38,798 nucleotides of DNA from Thiotrichaceae bacterium (GCA_037447095.1 JBBIHI010000001.1:1-38798); one strand, 5' to 3'. Counted from the first letter of the stretch, positions 9,531 to 18,742 are shown. Notes: generated from the sequence alone by a model not told the origin. Numbers and translations: made by a program.

Positions 9531-9562
9531 GCAACGGGATACCCTGACAGGCATCCCGTTGC
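9531..9562 (-). terminator. Intergenic RNA hairpin (stabiliser or leaky terminator)
   Basis: Minus strand GCAACGGGATGCC-TGTCAG-GGTATCCCGTTGC (13 bp, one G-U), followed only by a weak TTAT tail. Confidence 0.65.
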
Positions 9563-9576
9563 AACAGGCTCAGCGT

Positions 9577-10293
9577 TTAGCAGCGTGAACCGCCGGAATG
9601 GCCACCGCCAGAGTGGCCGCTATTGCCACTACCACAACTTGGTGGAGACGATGTAACAGGCGGATCAATGCGGCATTCAGGGCGTACTTCCGTTTTCACC
9701 TCGGGGCGTATTTCTGGACGCACCTCGGGGCGGCATTCCGGGCGGGCTTCAGGACGCACTTCTGGTTTTACCTCTGGGCGCACTTCAGGCTTCACTTCGG
9801 GACGTACCTCGGGACGGCATTCCGGGCGGGCTTCGATGATCACTTCCGGCTTGACCTCAGGACGTACTTCAGGACGCACTTCCGGTTTCACCTCTGGCTG
9901 CACTTCGGGACGAACCTCTGGTTTCACCTCCGGGCGTACTTCAGGGCGTACTTCGGGGCGAACCTCACATGATGGCGGGGTATGGCCACCGTGACCATGA
10001 CCACCGACACCACCGCCGTGGCCACCGTTGCCTTGGCCGCCATTGCCACCGCAACCACAACCGCCGCCCTGGCCTGACCCGTTACCAGCATCCTGGATCA
10101 TTTGCATCAAGGATACGACCAGTTGCAACAATGCCATCATGCCTTGTTGGTCAAAACCACCCATCCCCATCCCGAAAGACGGACACGAACTCCCTCCGCT
10201 AAAGTTTCCCATCGCATTTGACCTGGAGGTGTACGCATCCTGCGCTCCCCCAATGTCCATGGATTTATATCCACCATAATTGCTATTGATCAT
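9577..10293 (-). CDS. Gly-rich low-complexity protein with (P-E-V-R/K)n tetrapeptide repeats; function unknown
   Basis: Strong RBS AAGGAG 6 nt before the ATG. The repeat DNA varies mostly at synonymous positions of this frame, and the gene is co-oriented with the downstream 968-aa gene. Confidence 0.85.
   Translation of the reverse strand: MINSNYGGYKSMDIGGAQDAYTSRSNAMGNFSGGSSCPSFGMGMGGFDQQGMMALLQLVVSLMQMIQDAGNGSGQGGGCGCGGNGGQGNGGHGGGVGGHGHGGHTPPSCEVRPEVRPEVRPEVKPEVRPEVQPEVKPEVRPEVRPEVKPEVIIEARPECRPEVRPEVKPEVRPEVKPEVRPEARPECRPEVRPEIRPEVKTEVRPECRIDPPVTSSPPSCGSGNSGHSGGGHSGGSRC
9670..9969 (-). repeat. Coding tandem repeat, 25 x 12 nt (PEVR/PEVK/PECR...)
   Basis: Units such as cccgaagtacgc, cctgaagtacgc, ccggaggtgaaa, ccagaggttcgt on the minus strand. 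Confidence 0.95.
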
Positions 10294-10580
10294 AGCTAAC
10301 TCCTTTTACAGTTAAGACTGGTGCCGACATACGCCTGCACCACTTACGGTTGCCAGCTAAAACGCAAGGAAAGTCTTTCCCTCCGACTGGCAGTACAACC
10401 GTATAAAGGATTGAATCCGCACACTACCGCACCAACAATGGGCGGTAAAACCAGCAGGACAAACGGCTTTTCCAGTTATCGCCCCAACCCGCCCGGCTAC
10501 CCAAACCCGGCATGTCACTGATCAACACGGGTGTTATGTTCAAAACACCCCCTTATGATCAGCCTGATACTGCTATTCCG

Positions 10581-11810
10581 ATGCGTAAGAAAACCAGCCA
10601 GATTCATGTTGTCCACATCATTACCAGCCTGGCAGCAGATGGTACGGGTAGCATGTTGTACCAGCTTTTGACCCACACCAACCGCCGCCAGTTTTTCCCG
10701 GTCGTCATTTCACTGGAGACGGAAACCCCGCTTGCCCGCAAAATACGCTCGCACGGCATTCCGGTGCATTGCCTGAACATGGTGAACAGCCTCAGCTCCG
10801 GCTGGCATATCCTGCGGTTGGTACGCCTGTTGCGCGAACTGACGCCCGACATCATCCAGGGCTGGATGTATCACGGCAATCTGGCCGCCTCCATCGCCAA
10901 TCTGGCGCTGTCCAACCACTACCCTGTACTGTGGAATATCCGTCAGAGCCTGTATGGCCTTGAGCATGAAAATATCCCGAAGCAGTGGGCCATCCGCCTG
11001 TCTGCCAAGCGTTCCAGTAAACCTGAACGGATTTTGTATAACTCCTACCTGAGTGCGGAACAGCACACCAATTTCGGCTTTGATGAAAGCAAAACCCACA
11101 TCATTGCCAACGGTATCGACACCGGGAACTTTGTCCCCAACCCATTTGCGGGCCATACCATCCGTGAAAGCCTTAGCATCCCGCCGGATGATTTTGTCAT
11201 TGGCATGGTCGCGCATTACCACCCCATGAAGAATTACACCCTGTTCCTCGAAGCGGCCAATTTTCTGGGAAAACACCAGCAGCGCGTCCACTTTGTACTG
11301 GCGGGGCAACAAGTCGACCGCAGCAACCGTGAGTTCAACACCTTCTTTGCCCGCCACCCCCACCTGCAAGGCAGGTTGCATCTGCTGGGTCAACGTGAGG
11401 ACATCCCCGCGATCCTCAATGCACTGGATGTTTTCACCCTGACCTCTTCCCATGGCGAAGGCTTCCCCAATACCATCGGTGAAGCCATGGCTTGCGGCAT
11501 TCCCTGCATTGCCACGGATATTGGCGATACACCGCGCATTATTGGCAACACCGGGCAGACCCTGACGGCAGCTACGCCCTCCCAACTGGCCTTTGCCTGG
11601 CTGGAATGGATACGTGCGGGGAAAACCTGGAGGCAGGAACAGGGGCAGCGGGCAGCACAACGCATACGCCGCCATTACGACATACGCGACATCACCACCC
11701 AATACCAGGAGCTATACAAGGAAATCTTGCAGGAAAGGCAATATAGCGAGGAAACTCAGCCGTTCATGAAAAACGACTCATCAAACATTTCAATGAACCT
11801 TCTGGCCTGA
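10581..11810 (+). CDS. Glycosyltransferase family 4 (GT-B fold)
   Basis: VVHIITSLAADG, PDIIQGWMYH, HPMKNY, EGFPNTIGEAMACGIPCIATDIGD (E-x7-E). Start uncertain (10512, 10536 or 10581). Confidence 0.9.
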   Translation: MRKKTSQIHVVHIITSLAADGTGSMLYQLLTHTNRRQFFPVVISLETETPLARKIRSHGIPVHCLNMVNSLSSGWHILRLVRLLRELTPDIIQGWMYHGNLAASIANLALSNHYPVLWNIRQSLYGLEHENIPKQWAIRLSAKRSSKPERILYNSYLSAEQHTNFGFDESKTHIIANGIDTGNFVPNPFAGHTIRESLSIPPDDFVIGMVAHYHPMKNYTLFLEAANFLGKHQQRVHFVLAGQQVDRSNREFNTFFARHPHLQGRLHLLGQREDIPAILNALDVFTLTSSHGEGFPNTIGEAMACGIPCIATDIGDTPRIIGNTGQTLTAATPSQLAFAWLEWIRAGKTWRQEQGQRAAQRIRRHYDIRDITTQYQELYKEILQERQYSEETQPFMKNDSSNISMNLLA

Positions 11811-12661
11811 GGGGTGAAAAACTTGCCGCGCCGGACAATCAGGCCATAACTGCGTGACGGGAAATAATCGCTGAGGGGGAAAACTTTGACGTTCTCATGT
11901 CCGGTCAGGCAAACCTCGGTGACAATGGAAACCCCCAGCCCCATTTCCACGTATTTCTTGACGATTTCCCAGCCACCGGCCTCCATTGCCACGGAATACG
12001 GCACTTCATTCTGGCGGAATACCGTATCCACCATCCGCCAGGTGCTCATGTTGCGCGGTGGCAGGATCAGGCCGTAAGGGCTGATGTCTTCCAGTGACAC
12101 ATTATCCTGCATTGCCAGGGGGTGATCTTCCGCCGCAATCAGGATGGAGCCAAAGGAAGCAAACGGCTTGTAGATAATGCCTTCAGGAACCTGCAACAAC
12201 GGCCCCACCGCGAGGTCAACCTGATCCTCCAGCAACATTTTCATGCCGCTTTGCCCAGCCACACTGTGCAAATTGATGCGGATACCCGGATAGGCGCGGT
12301 GGAAACGCCGCAGGTATTCCGGCAACACATACAGTGCTGTCGACTGCCCGGCGGCAATGTTCAACTCACCCTTTTCCATCTTGCCGAGGTTGGCGGCAAA
12401 GGTTTCCCGTAAACTGTCAATCCCGGCAGCCAGCGGTTGCACCAATTGGTAAAGTACCTTGCCTTCCGGGGTCAGGCGTACACTGGGGCCACGCCGTTCC
12501 AGCAACTGCTCGCCCATTTCACGCTCAAGCGCCTGGATTTGCAGGGAAACGGTTGGCTGGCTGATGTGCAGTTGCTCAGCGGCATGGGTAATGTTTTCCT
12601 TCTGTGCCACCACGCAAAACGTCCGCAACAGCTTGTAGCGTGTTTGCTTGTAATAATGCAT
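11756..12661 (-). CDS. LysR-family transcriptional regulator (CysB-like subgroup)
   Basis: HTH NITHAAEQLHISQPTVSLQIQALEREMG..LLER, LTPEG, and a LysR substrate-binding domain. Start may be 12667 or 12682. Confidence 0.93.
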   Translation of the reverse strand: MHYYKQTRYKLLRTFCVVAQKENITHAAEQLHISQPTVSLQIQALEREMGEQLLERRGPSVRLTPEGKVLYQLVQPLAAGIDSLRETFAANLGKMEKGELNIAAGQSTALYVLPEYLRRFHRAYPGIRINLHSVAGQSGMKMLLEDQVDLAVGPLLQVPEGIIYKPFASFGSILIAAEDHPLAMQDNVSLEDISPYGLILPPRNMSTWRMVDTVFRQNEVPYSVAMEAGGWEIVKKYVEMGLGVSIVTEVCLTGHENVKVFPLSDYFPSRSYGLIVRRGKFFTPQARRFIEMFDESFFMNG

Positions 12662-12815
12662 CGCCAAGATTTTGCCCTCCATAACAATGTCATTATTGTG
12701 CTACACAATAGTAATAATTGAAACAATTGATTTTTTAATATCGGCTTTTTTAGGTATCGTAAGCCGCAGTTAAACATTCATCGCGAATGTTTATCTCATG
12801 CTAACTGTGGTGCTT

Positions 12816-12845
12816 GCGGCGTCGATTATGGACGCCGCTCTTTTT
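12816..12845 (+). terminator. Intrinsic terminator-like hairpin about 90 nt upstream of ppsA
   Basis: GCGGCGTC-GATTATG-GACGCCGC followed by TCTTTTT. Confidence 0.65.
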
Positions 12846-12933
12846 CCCCCTCCCTCCCTATGAAACAATAACCTGAAGCACACAAAAAAAGTAGAGCCTG
12901 ACAATCAACCCGCAACATTCAAGGAGTCATCAA

Positions 12934-15321
12934 ATGGCGGATTACATTCTTTGGTTCGATCAGTTGGGGATGCATGATGTCGGCATCGTCGGCGGAAAAA
13001 ATGCTTCCCTCGGGGAAATGATCAGCAATCTGGCCAACGCCGGGGTCAGCGTCCCGAACGGCTTTGCCACCACCACACACGCTTACCAGGATTTTATCCA
13101 CGCTGATGGCTTGTCTGGCCGCATCAACGCGCTCCTTGATTCACTGGACATCAACGACATTCACGCGCTGACCAATGCGGGTAAAACCATCCGTGACTGG
13201 CTGATGGATGCCCCATTGCCACAACACCTGCTAGATGATGTCACTGCCGCTTACCACAAGCTGGCGGAAGGCTCCGGTGATACTGCCTCTTTCGCAGTAC
13301 GCTCATCCGCGACGGCGGAAGACCTGCCGGACGCTTCCTTCGCAGGCCAGCAGGAAACCTTCCTCAATGTACGCGGCCTCGACAATGTGATTGCCGCCAT
13401 CAAGGAAGTCTTTGCCTCCCTGTATAACGACCGTGCCATTGCCTATCGCGTCCACCAGAATTTCGAGCACGACAAGGTATTCCTGTCCGCCGGTATCCAG
13501 AAAATGGTGCGCAGTGACATCGGCGCGAGTGGTGTCATGTTCACCCTCGACACAGAATCCGGTTTCCGCGACGCAGTTTTTGTCACCGGCGCGTATGGCC
13601 TGGGTGAAACGGTCGTACAAGGCGCGGTCAACCCAGACGAATTCTACGTTTACAAACCGAATATTGAAGCTGGCCGCCCGGCAATCCTGTCCCGCCGCCT
13701 CGGTGCAAAAGCCATCGAAATGGTTTACGCCGCCAGTGCGGGTGAAGCGCACAACAAGGCAACCCTGACCCGCGATGTAGAAGCTGCCCGCAGTATGCGT
13801 TTCTGCCTGACGGATGAACAGGTCGAGTCGCTTGCCCGTCAAGCCATCATCATTGAAAAACATTACCAGCGCCCGATGGACATCGAATGGGCGCTCGACG
13901 GTGGCGACGGCAAGCTCTACATCGTACAGGCACGCCCGGAAACCGTGGAAAGCCGCGCTTCCGCGACCATCATTGAGCGTTACCAGCTCAAGGAAAAAGG
14001 CAGCGTGATCGCCGAAGGCCGCGCCATCGGCCAGAAAATCGGTCAAGGCCCTGCCCGTATCATCAGCAGCATCAACCAGATGCACGAAGTGAAAGAAGGC
14101 GATGTACTCGTTACCGACATGACCGACCCGGATTGGGAACCGATCATGAAACGCGCTTCCGCCATCGTCACCAACCGGGGCGGCCGTACCTGCCACGCCG
14201 CCATCATTGCGCGTGAAATGGGCATCCCGGCAGTCGTTGGCTGCGGCGACGCCACCGACCGTATTGACAGCGGCGCGGAAGTGACCGTGTCCTGTGCGGA
14301 AGGTGACACTGGCTTCATTTACAGTGGCTTACTGCCGTTTGAAGTGCGCACTGCCGACACCGGCAACCTGCCAGACCTTTCCGTCAAAATCATGATGAAC
14401 GTGGGCAACCCCTCCCGCGCGTTTGCTTTCTCCCGCCTGCCTAACGCGGGTATCGGCCTGGCACGTCTGGAATTCATCATCAACAACACCATCGGCATCC
14501 ACCCGAAAGCCCTGCTGGAATACGACAACCTGCCGATTGAGCTGATGACCAGAATCGGCAAAAAGATTGCCGGTTATGCCAGCCCCGTCGATTTCTACGT
14601 GGAAAAACTGGTGGAAGGCATCGCCACCCTGGCCGCTGCTTACGCACCGCACAAGGTGATCGTGCGCATGTCCGACTTCAAATCGAACGAATATGCCAAT
14701 CTGGTAGCAGGCGACCGTTACGAACCGCACGAAGAAAACCCGATGATCGGCTACCGTGGCGTTTCCCGTTACCTGTCGGCTAACTTCCGTGATTGCTTTG
14801 AACTGGAATGCCGGGCACTGCGCAAAGTGCGCAACGACATGGGGCTGACCAATGTCGAAGTCATGATTCCGTTCTGCCGTACCCTGGAAGAAGCCCAACA
14901 AGTCACCGAATTGCTGGCGACCCAAGAGCTGAAGCGCGGTGAAAACGGTTTGCGCCTGATCATGATGTGCGAAATCCCGTCCAACGCGGTACTGGCGGAA
15001 GAATTCCTCGAATACTTCGACGGATTCTCCATCGGCTCCAATGACATGACGCAGTTGTCGCTGGGTCTCGACCGTGACTCTGGCCTGATTGCCCACCTGT
15101 TCGATGAGCGTAACCCGGCAGTGAAAAAGCTGCTGAAAATGGCGATTGATGCGTGCAAGAAGCAAGGCAAATACGTCGGTATCTGTGGGCAAGGGCCTTC
15201 CGACTACCCGGATTTTGCCGCATGGCTACACGAACAAGGCATCAGCAGTATCTCGCTGAACCCGGATACCGTGGTGGATACCTGGCTGTACCTTGCCGGT
15301 TTAGATGAAAACAAGGCATGA
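12934..15321 (+). CDS. ppsA: Phosphoenolpyruvate synthase
   Basis: [43 protein letters not shown] (phospho-His), [14 protein letters not shown]; AAGGAG RBS. Confidence 0.98.
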   Translation: MADYILWFDQLGMHDVGIVGGKNASLGEMISNLANAGVSVPNGFATTTHAYQDFIHADGLSGRINALLDSLDINDIHALTNAGKTIRDWLMDAPLPQHLLDDVTAAYHKLAEGSGDTASFAVRSSATAEDLPDASFAGQQETFLNVRGLDNVIAAIKEVFASLYNDRAIAYRVHQNFEHDKVFLSAGIQKMVRSDIGASGVMFTLDTESGFRDAVFVTGAYGLGETVVQGAVNPDEFYVYKPNIEAGRPAILSRRLGAKAIEMVYAASAGEAHNKATLTRDVEAARSMRFCLTDEQVESLARQAIIIEKHYQRPMDIEWALDGGDGKLYIVQARPETVESRASATIIERYQLKEKGSVIAEGRAIGQKIGQGPARIISSINQMHEVKEGDVLVTDMTDPDWEPIMKRASAIVTNRGGRTCHAAIIAREMGIPAVVGCGDATDRIDSGAEVTVSCAEGDTGFIYSGLLPFEVRTADTGNLPDLSVKIMMNVGNPSRAFAFSRLPNAGIGLARLEFIINNTIGIHPKALLEYDNLPIELMTRIGKKIAGYASPVDFYVEKLVEGIATLAAAYAPHKVIVRMSDFKSNEYANLVAGDRYEPHEENPMIGYRGVSRYLSANFRDCFELECRALRKVRNDMGLTNVEVMIPFCRTLEEAQQVTELLATQELKRGENGLRLIMMCEIPSNAVLAEEFLEYFDGFSIGSNDMTQLSLGLDRDSGLIAHLFDERNPAVKKLLKMAIDACKKQGKYVGICGQGPSDYPDFAAWLHEQGISSISLNPDTVVDTWLYLAGLDENKA

Positions 15322-16160
15322 GTGAAACATGCAGAAAACGGCGGACGGTGTTTTACCTGTCCGACCGTACCGGCATCACCGTCGAGACCCTGGGTCACAG
15401 CCTGTTGACCCAGTTTGACGGCATCCAGTGGCGCAAGGTCAGCATTCCTTTCCTCGATTCCGAAGACAAGGCAAAGGAAACTGCTGAACAGATCAACCTG
15501 ATGGCGCAACTGGATGGTTGCCGTCCGCTGGTGTTCAGTACCCTGATCAACCCGGAAGTACGCCAGCATATCGAACACGCCGACTGCGCCATTTACGATT
15601 TTTTCGACAGCTTCATCGACTCGATGGAACGCGAACTCGGGCAACCCTCCTCCCACGCTATCGGGCGTTCGCACGGGCTGCACAACGATGCGTCCTATTC
15701 CAAGCGCATTTCCGCCATCAATTTTGCCCAAGCCAATGATGATGGCATCAGTGCTAAAAACTTTGCCGAAGCCGACATCATCCTGATCGGCGTATCGCGT
15801 TCCGGCAAAACACCGACCTGTCTATATCTGGCAATGCAATACGGCATCTACGCGGCCAATTACCCGCTGACTGAAGAGGATATGGACAGCAATAGCCTGC
15901 CGCGCATTCTCCACCCTTTCCGTAACAAGTTGTTTGGCCTGACGATTGGTGCAGAGCAATTGCAACGCATCCGTCAGGAACGCAAACCCAACAGCCGCTA
16001 CGCCTCGCTTGCCCAGTGCGAACAGGAACTGGAATGGCAGCAAAACCTGTACCGGCGGGAAAACATTCCTTACATCAATACTACCGCCATCTCCATTGAG
16101 GAAATTGCCACCACCATCCTCAACCGCAGCGGCCTGAAACGTCAGTTGTACGGGGAATAA
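15318..16160 (+). CDS. ppsR: PEP synthase regulatory protein (kinase/pyrophosphorylase, DUF299)
   Basis: [12 protein letters not shown] and [17 protein letters not shown]; overlaps the ppsA stop (ATGA). Confidence 0.95.
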   Translation: MSETCRKRRTVFYLSDRTGITVETLGHSLLTQFDGIQWRKVSIPFLDSEDKAKETAEQINLMAQLDGCRPLVFSTLINPEVRQHIEHADCAIYDFFDSFIDSMERELGQPSSHAIGRSHGLHNDASYSKRISAINFAQANDDGISAKNFAEADIILIGVSRSGKTPTCLYLAMQYGIYAANYPLTEEDMDSNSLPRILHPFRNKLFGLTIGAEQLQRIRQERKPNSRYASLAQCEQELEWQQNLYRRENIPYINTTAISIEEIATTILNRSGLKRQLYGE

Positions 16161-16293
16161 ACCCGCACTTCTTCCCGGCACAGCCCGGAATAATCTGCTA
16201 ACATCTGCCCTTCTGTAGTGTATGCGGCTCTTGTGTGCGCTCAATCTTTATACCCTTCGGCATGCCCTGAGCTCACTCCCTCATAAGGTCATG

Positions 16294-17245
16294 TCATTCA
16301 TTTGGCTGGAATGCCCACCACTCCAGTCGATTCAATGCCCCAGTGTGCCCGCACGACCTGTCCCAGCCGTTCCGGGTTGGAGGCATCCATGCTGCTGATG
16401 AAGTAACGGGGGTTTCTTCAGTGGTCTTATCCTTGCATTCACGGATGGCAGTGACAGCGATAATGCTGGTCAGTTTTGTCCAATGGGGATGGTCTTTCTT
16501 CAGCCAGCCAATGTCGGAGGTAGCCCACACGATGCGGGTTTCAATCCGCCCATGCCCGCCATCATAAATGGTATGGCCAATGGGAGGGCAGGTACTGGCC
16601 GATTCAAAGAACAGCTTCACGTCCTGATGGAGCGTGCCCTGGTTGCCTTTCAGGCTGAGCAGGTAATCGGCTTGCTGGTCGACGATCTGCTGGGCAATGG
16701 CCGTTTGGCAACCCATCGCATCCAACGTCACTACCGCTCCTGTAATGTTCAGTTGCATCAATAGTTTAGGGATGGCAGTGATTTCGTTGGATTTATCATC
16801 CACGCGCTGTTGCCCCAGCACCAACTGATTCTGGGTCGCCCAGGCACTGACCATGTAGATGGCCGCCTTGTCCGAAGCACTGCCCAGGCTGCGGCGCAGG
16901 CATTTGCCATCAATCGCGATGATTTCACCATCACTGAGGTCGGACAGGTCAGCCACCCAGCGGCTGAAACATTCACTGAACTGCTGCGTGTCGATCAGGC
17001 CAAAAACGCGGCCAAAGGTATCGTGTGGGGGGGATGCCGTGTTGCAACCCTAACACCTCCGTGAACCATTTTTGCTTGGATTTGCCGAACAGCTCAATGG
17101 AAGCCCAATCATCCGCGCCGCAAATCACGGCGCACAGGGTAATGAAGAAGATGTCACTGAGTTTGTGCCGCTTACGGCGGTTCAGACGTGGATCAGGGAT
17201 GGAGGCAAAATGGTCAATAATGGCGGCGGTGGGGCAGAGTTTCAT
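16294..17245 (-). pseudogene. ISAs1-family transposase, frameshifted twice and C-terminally truncated
   Basis: FASIPDPR..KRHKLSDI, CAVICGADDW, IAIDGKCLR, KSNEITAIPKLL, DAMGCQ, LKGNQGTLH, GHGRIETR, RAHWGIE spread over three frames. Shifts fall in C-runs near 17027-17033 and 16408-16412; homology is lost after HWGIE. Confidence 0.92.
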
Positions 17246-17313
17246 AGGTTACCAAAAGCCACGCAGCTAAACCCTCGGCACAGCAATTTGTCAATAGCGT
17301 TTTAATGCGATTA
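16294..17313 (-). mobile_element. Degenerate ISAs1-family insertion sequence
   Basis: Transposase remnant plus a partial left end (minus strand TAATCGCATTAAAA at 17300-17313); no right IR found. Confidence 0.75.
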
Positions 17314-17314
17314 T

Positions 17315-17454
17315 AGGGCGACCGCATTTGACTTTTTAAATCACTTTAAAATCAATAGATTGATTACTTTTTAGGCATTGGTGCATTGATTATATCTCAT
17401 TGATTCATAAGAGTTTAAAATTTATATGCATTCACCGTGAATGCGATTACCCTG
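17315..17454. mobile_element. Short AT-rich MITE-like element with ISAs1-like imperfect terminal inverted repeats
   Basis: Left end AGGGCGACCGCATT against reverse complement of right end AGGGTAATCGCATT (11/14 identical); internal IHF consensus AATCAATAGATTG at 17350-17362. Confidence 0.55.
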
Positions 17455-17547
17455 CGTGAGAGAAGACTCTGTATTGTGCTAATATGTGCAGAGAGTCATA
17501 ATCAGCACACCATCTTTGTATATGTCATCAGTGTTAATGGGAAAGGA

Positions 17548-17988
17548 ATGACCACCAAAAATTCTGCGGGTAGTTTCGATATTATTCTCGGCATGGAAGA
17601 AATTAGCGGACGGAATAACGTCTGTATTGCTTTCGGGGCGGGGTTGTTCAGAAAACTTGGCTGGTCATCGGGCGACTGGATACAGTTTGACGTCAGCAAG
17701 GAAAGTTTCATTTCATTCCGCAAGATTCCAGAACCGAGTGAAACTTCATTCTATGCCAGAAAAATCAAGTTAACCTCAGGCTCCTATAGAATCTGTTTCT
17801 ATTCAAAGTATTACAGCTTCCCGCAAGACACATCCTTTGCCAAGGAAAAGGCCACCTATAATATTGAATCACGCACGCTGACGCTGGAAATTCCCGAAGA
17901 ATATTGCCTGCGCCCGGAAGAACAACCGCAAAATGAATCAAAACCACTCAGCGTTGATGATATAGCCGCTGCTTTCAGAAAACTCTGA
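17548..17988 (+). CDS. Hypothetical protein, possibly AbrB/SpoVT-like swapped-hairpin fold
   Basis: Open frame; VCIAFGAGLFRKLGWSSGDWIQFDV resembles the AbrB pattern. The ORF-track start at 17437 lies inside the MITE end and is unlikely; the true start is uncertain. Confidence 0.6.
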   Translation: MTTKNSAGSFDIILGMEEISGRNNVCIAFGAGLFRKLGWSSGDWIQFDVSKESFISFRKIPEPSETSFYARKIKLTSGSYRICFYSKYYSFPQDTSFAKEKATYNIESRTLTLEIPEEYCLRPEEQPQNESKPLSVDDIAAAFRKL

Positions 17989-18001
17989 CGATAAATACCT
18001 T

Positions 18002-18688
18002 TTAATTGCTGCTCGCAATAACCCGCAGCTTATTGGCATTGCGCAACTGGATGGATTGACGCTGTTCGCCAATGATGTCTTCACGTTTCCAGTGTGCGAA
18101 AAGCCGACTGACTGTTTCAATGGTCAAACCCAAAAGCTGGGCAATCTCCAGACGGGAAAGGACGAGGGGTTTCCACCTGTCAGATGGCGTGTCATCGCAC
18201 CATTCGAGCAGAAATGATGCCAAGCGTTCAGCCGAACGTTTCGCGCCGAGTTCCAGCAGGCGTTCATCGGCATGTTGCAATTCCCGGATGCACCTGACCA
18301 TTAACAAGCGTTCCACTTCGGGTTTATATTCCCCAAGGTTTTGCAGATCGGCAACAGAAATACGGCACACCTGTATCGGACGCAAAGGGACAGCGCTATG
18401 GTTATACATCGCATCAACCAGACCATCGAAACCAAATACCCCCCCTGGTTTGACTACCCGGATAATCTGGTTTTTTCCAGTCGCACTGGTTTTGAATAAC
18501 TTGATGTAACCTTCATTCAGGATATACACATCCTGTGCCGGGGAACCTGCCTCGTAAATGGTTTCAGTCGCCGCATAGGCCAGATTATCACTGGCCAGCT
18601 TTTCAAGTGCCGTCAAGACAGCCTTGCCTGCCCCTGCAAATACATCTGATGTATTCAGGCCGCAGCGGTCATTTGCCCTTTGTTCCAT
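18002..18688 (-). CDS. Crp/Fnr-family transcriptional regulator with FNR-type recognition helix but no N-terminal Cys cluster
   Basis: cNMP-like domain (IYEAGSPAQDVYILNEGYIKL), SAERLASFLL, HTH LSRLEIAQLLGLTIETVSRLF; GAGGA RBS. Confidence 0.92.
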   Translation of the reverse strand: MEQRANDRCGLNTSDVFAGAGKAVLTALEKLASDNLAYAATETIYEAGSPAQDVYILNEGYIKLFKTSATGKNQIIRVVKPGGVFGFDGLVDAMYNHSAVPLRPIQVCRISVADLQNLGEYKPEVERLLMVRCIRELQHADERLLELGAKRSAERLASFLLEWCDDTPSDRWKPLVLSRLEIAQLLGLTIETVSRLFAHWKREDIIGEQRQSIQLRNANKLRVIASSN

Positions 18689-18742
18689 GATATGTTCCTC
18701 GTACTACTGACGAGACTATCGGAGATTGCCCCACAGAATGCA

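Noticed and set aside
9670-9969. Possible CRISPR array
   Set aside because: 12-nt units are contiguous with no spacers, vary at codon third positions, and there are no cas genes nearby.
9598-9994. + strand ORFs with (TSGR/TSGF)n or (FRAY/FRTH)n repeats
   Set aside because: Antisense readings of the PEVR array. The minus-strand frame has the strong RBS, a unique leader and operon context. The TSGR frame shares wobble positions with it, so its apparent conservation is expected.
17437-17547. ORF-track N-terminal extension of the AbrB-like ORF
   Set aside because: It starts inside the MITE terminal repeat, so it is probably not part of the real gene.
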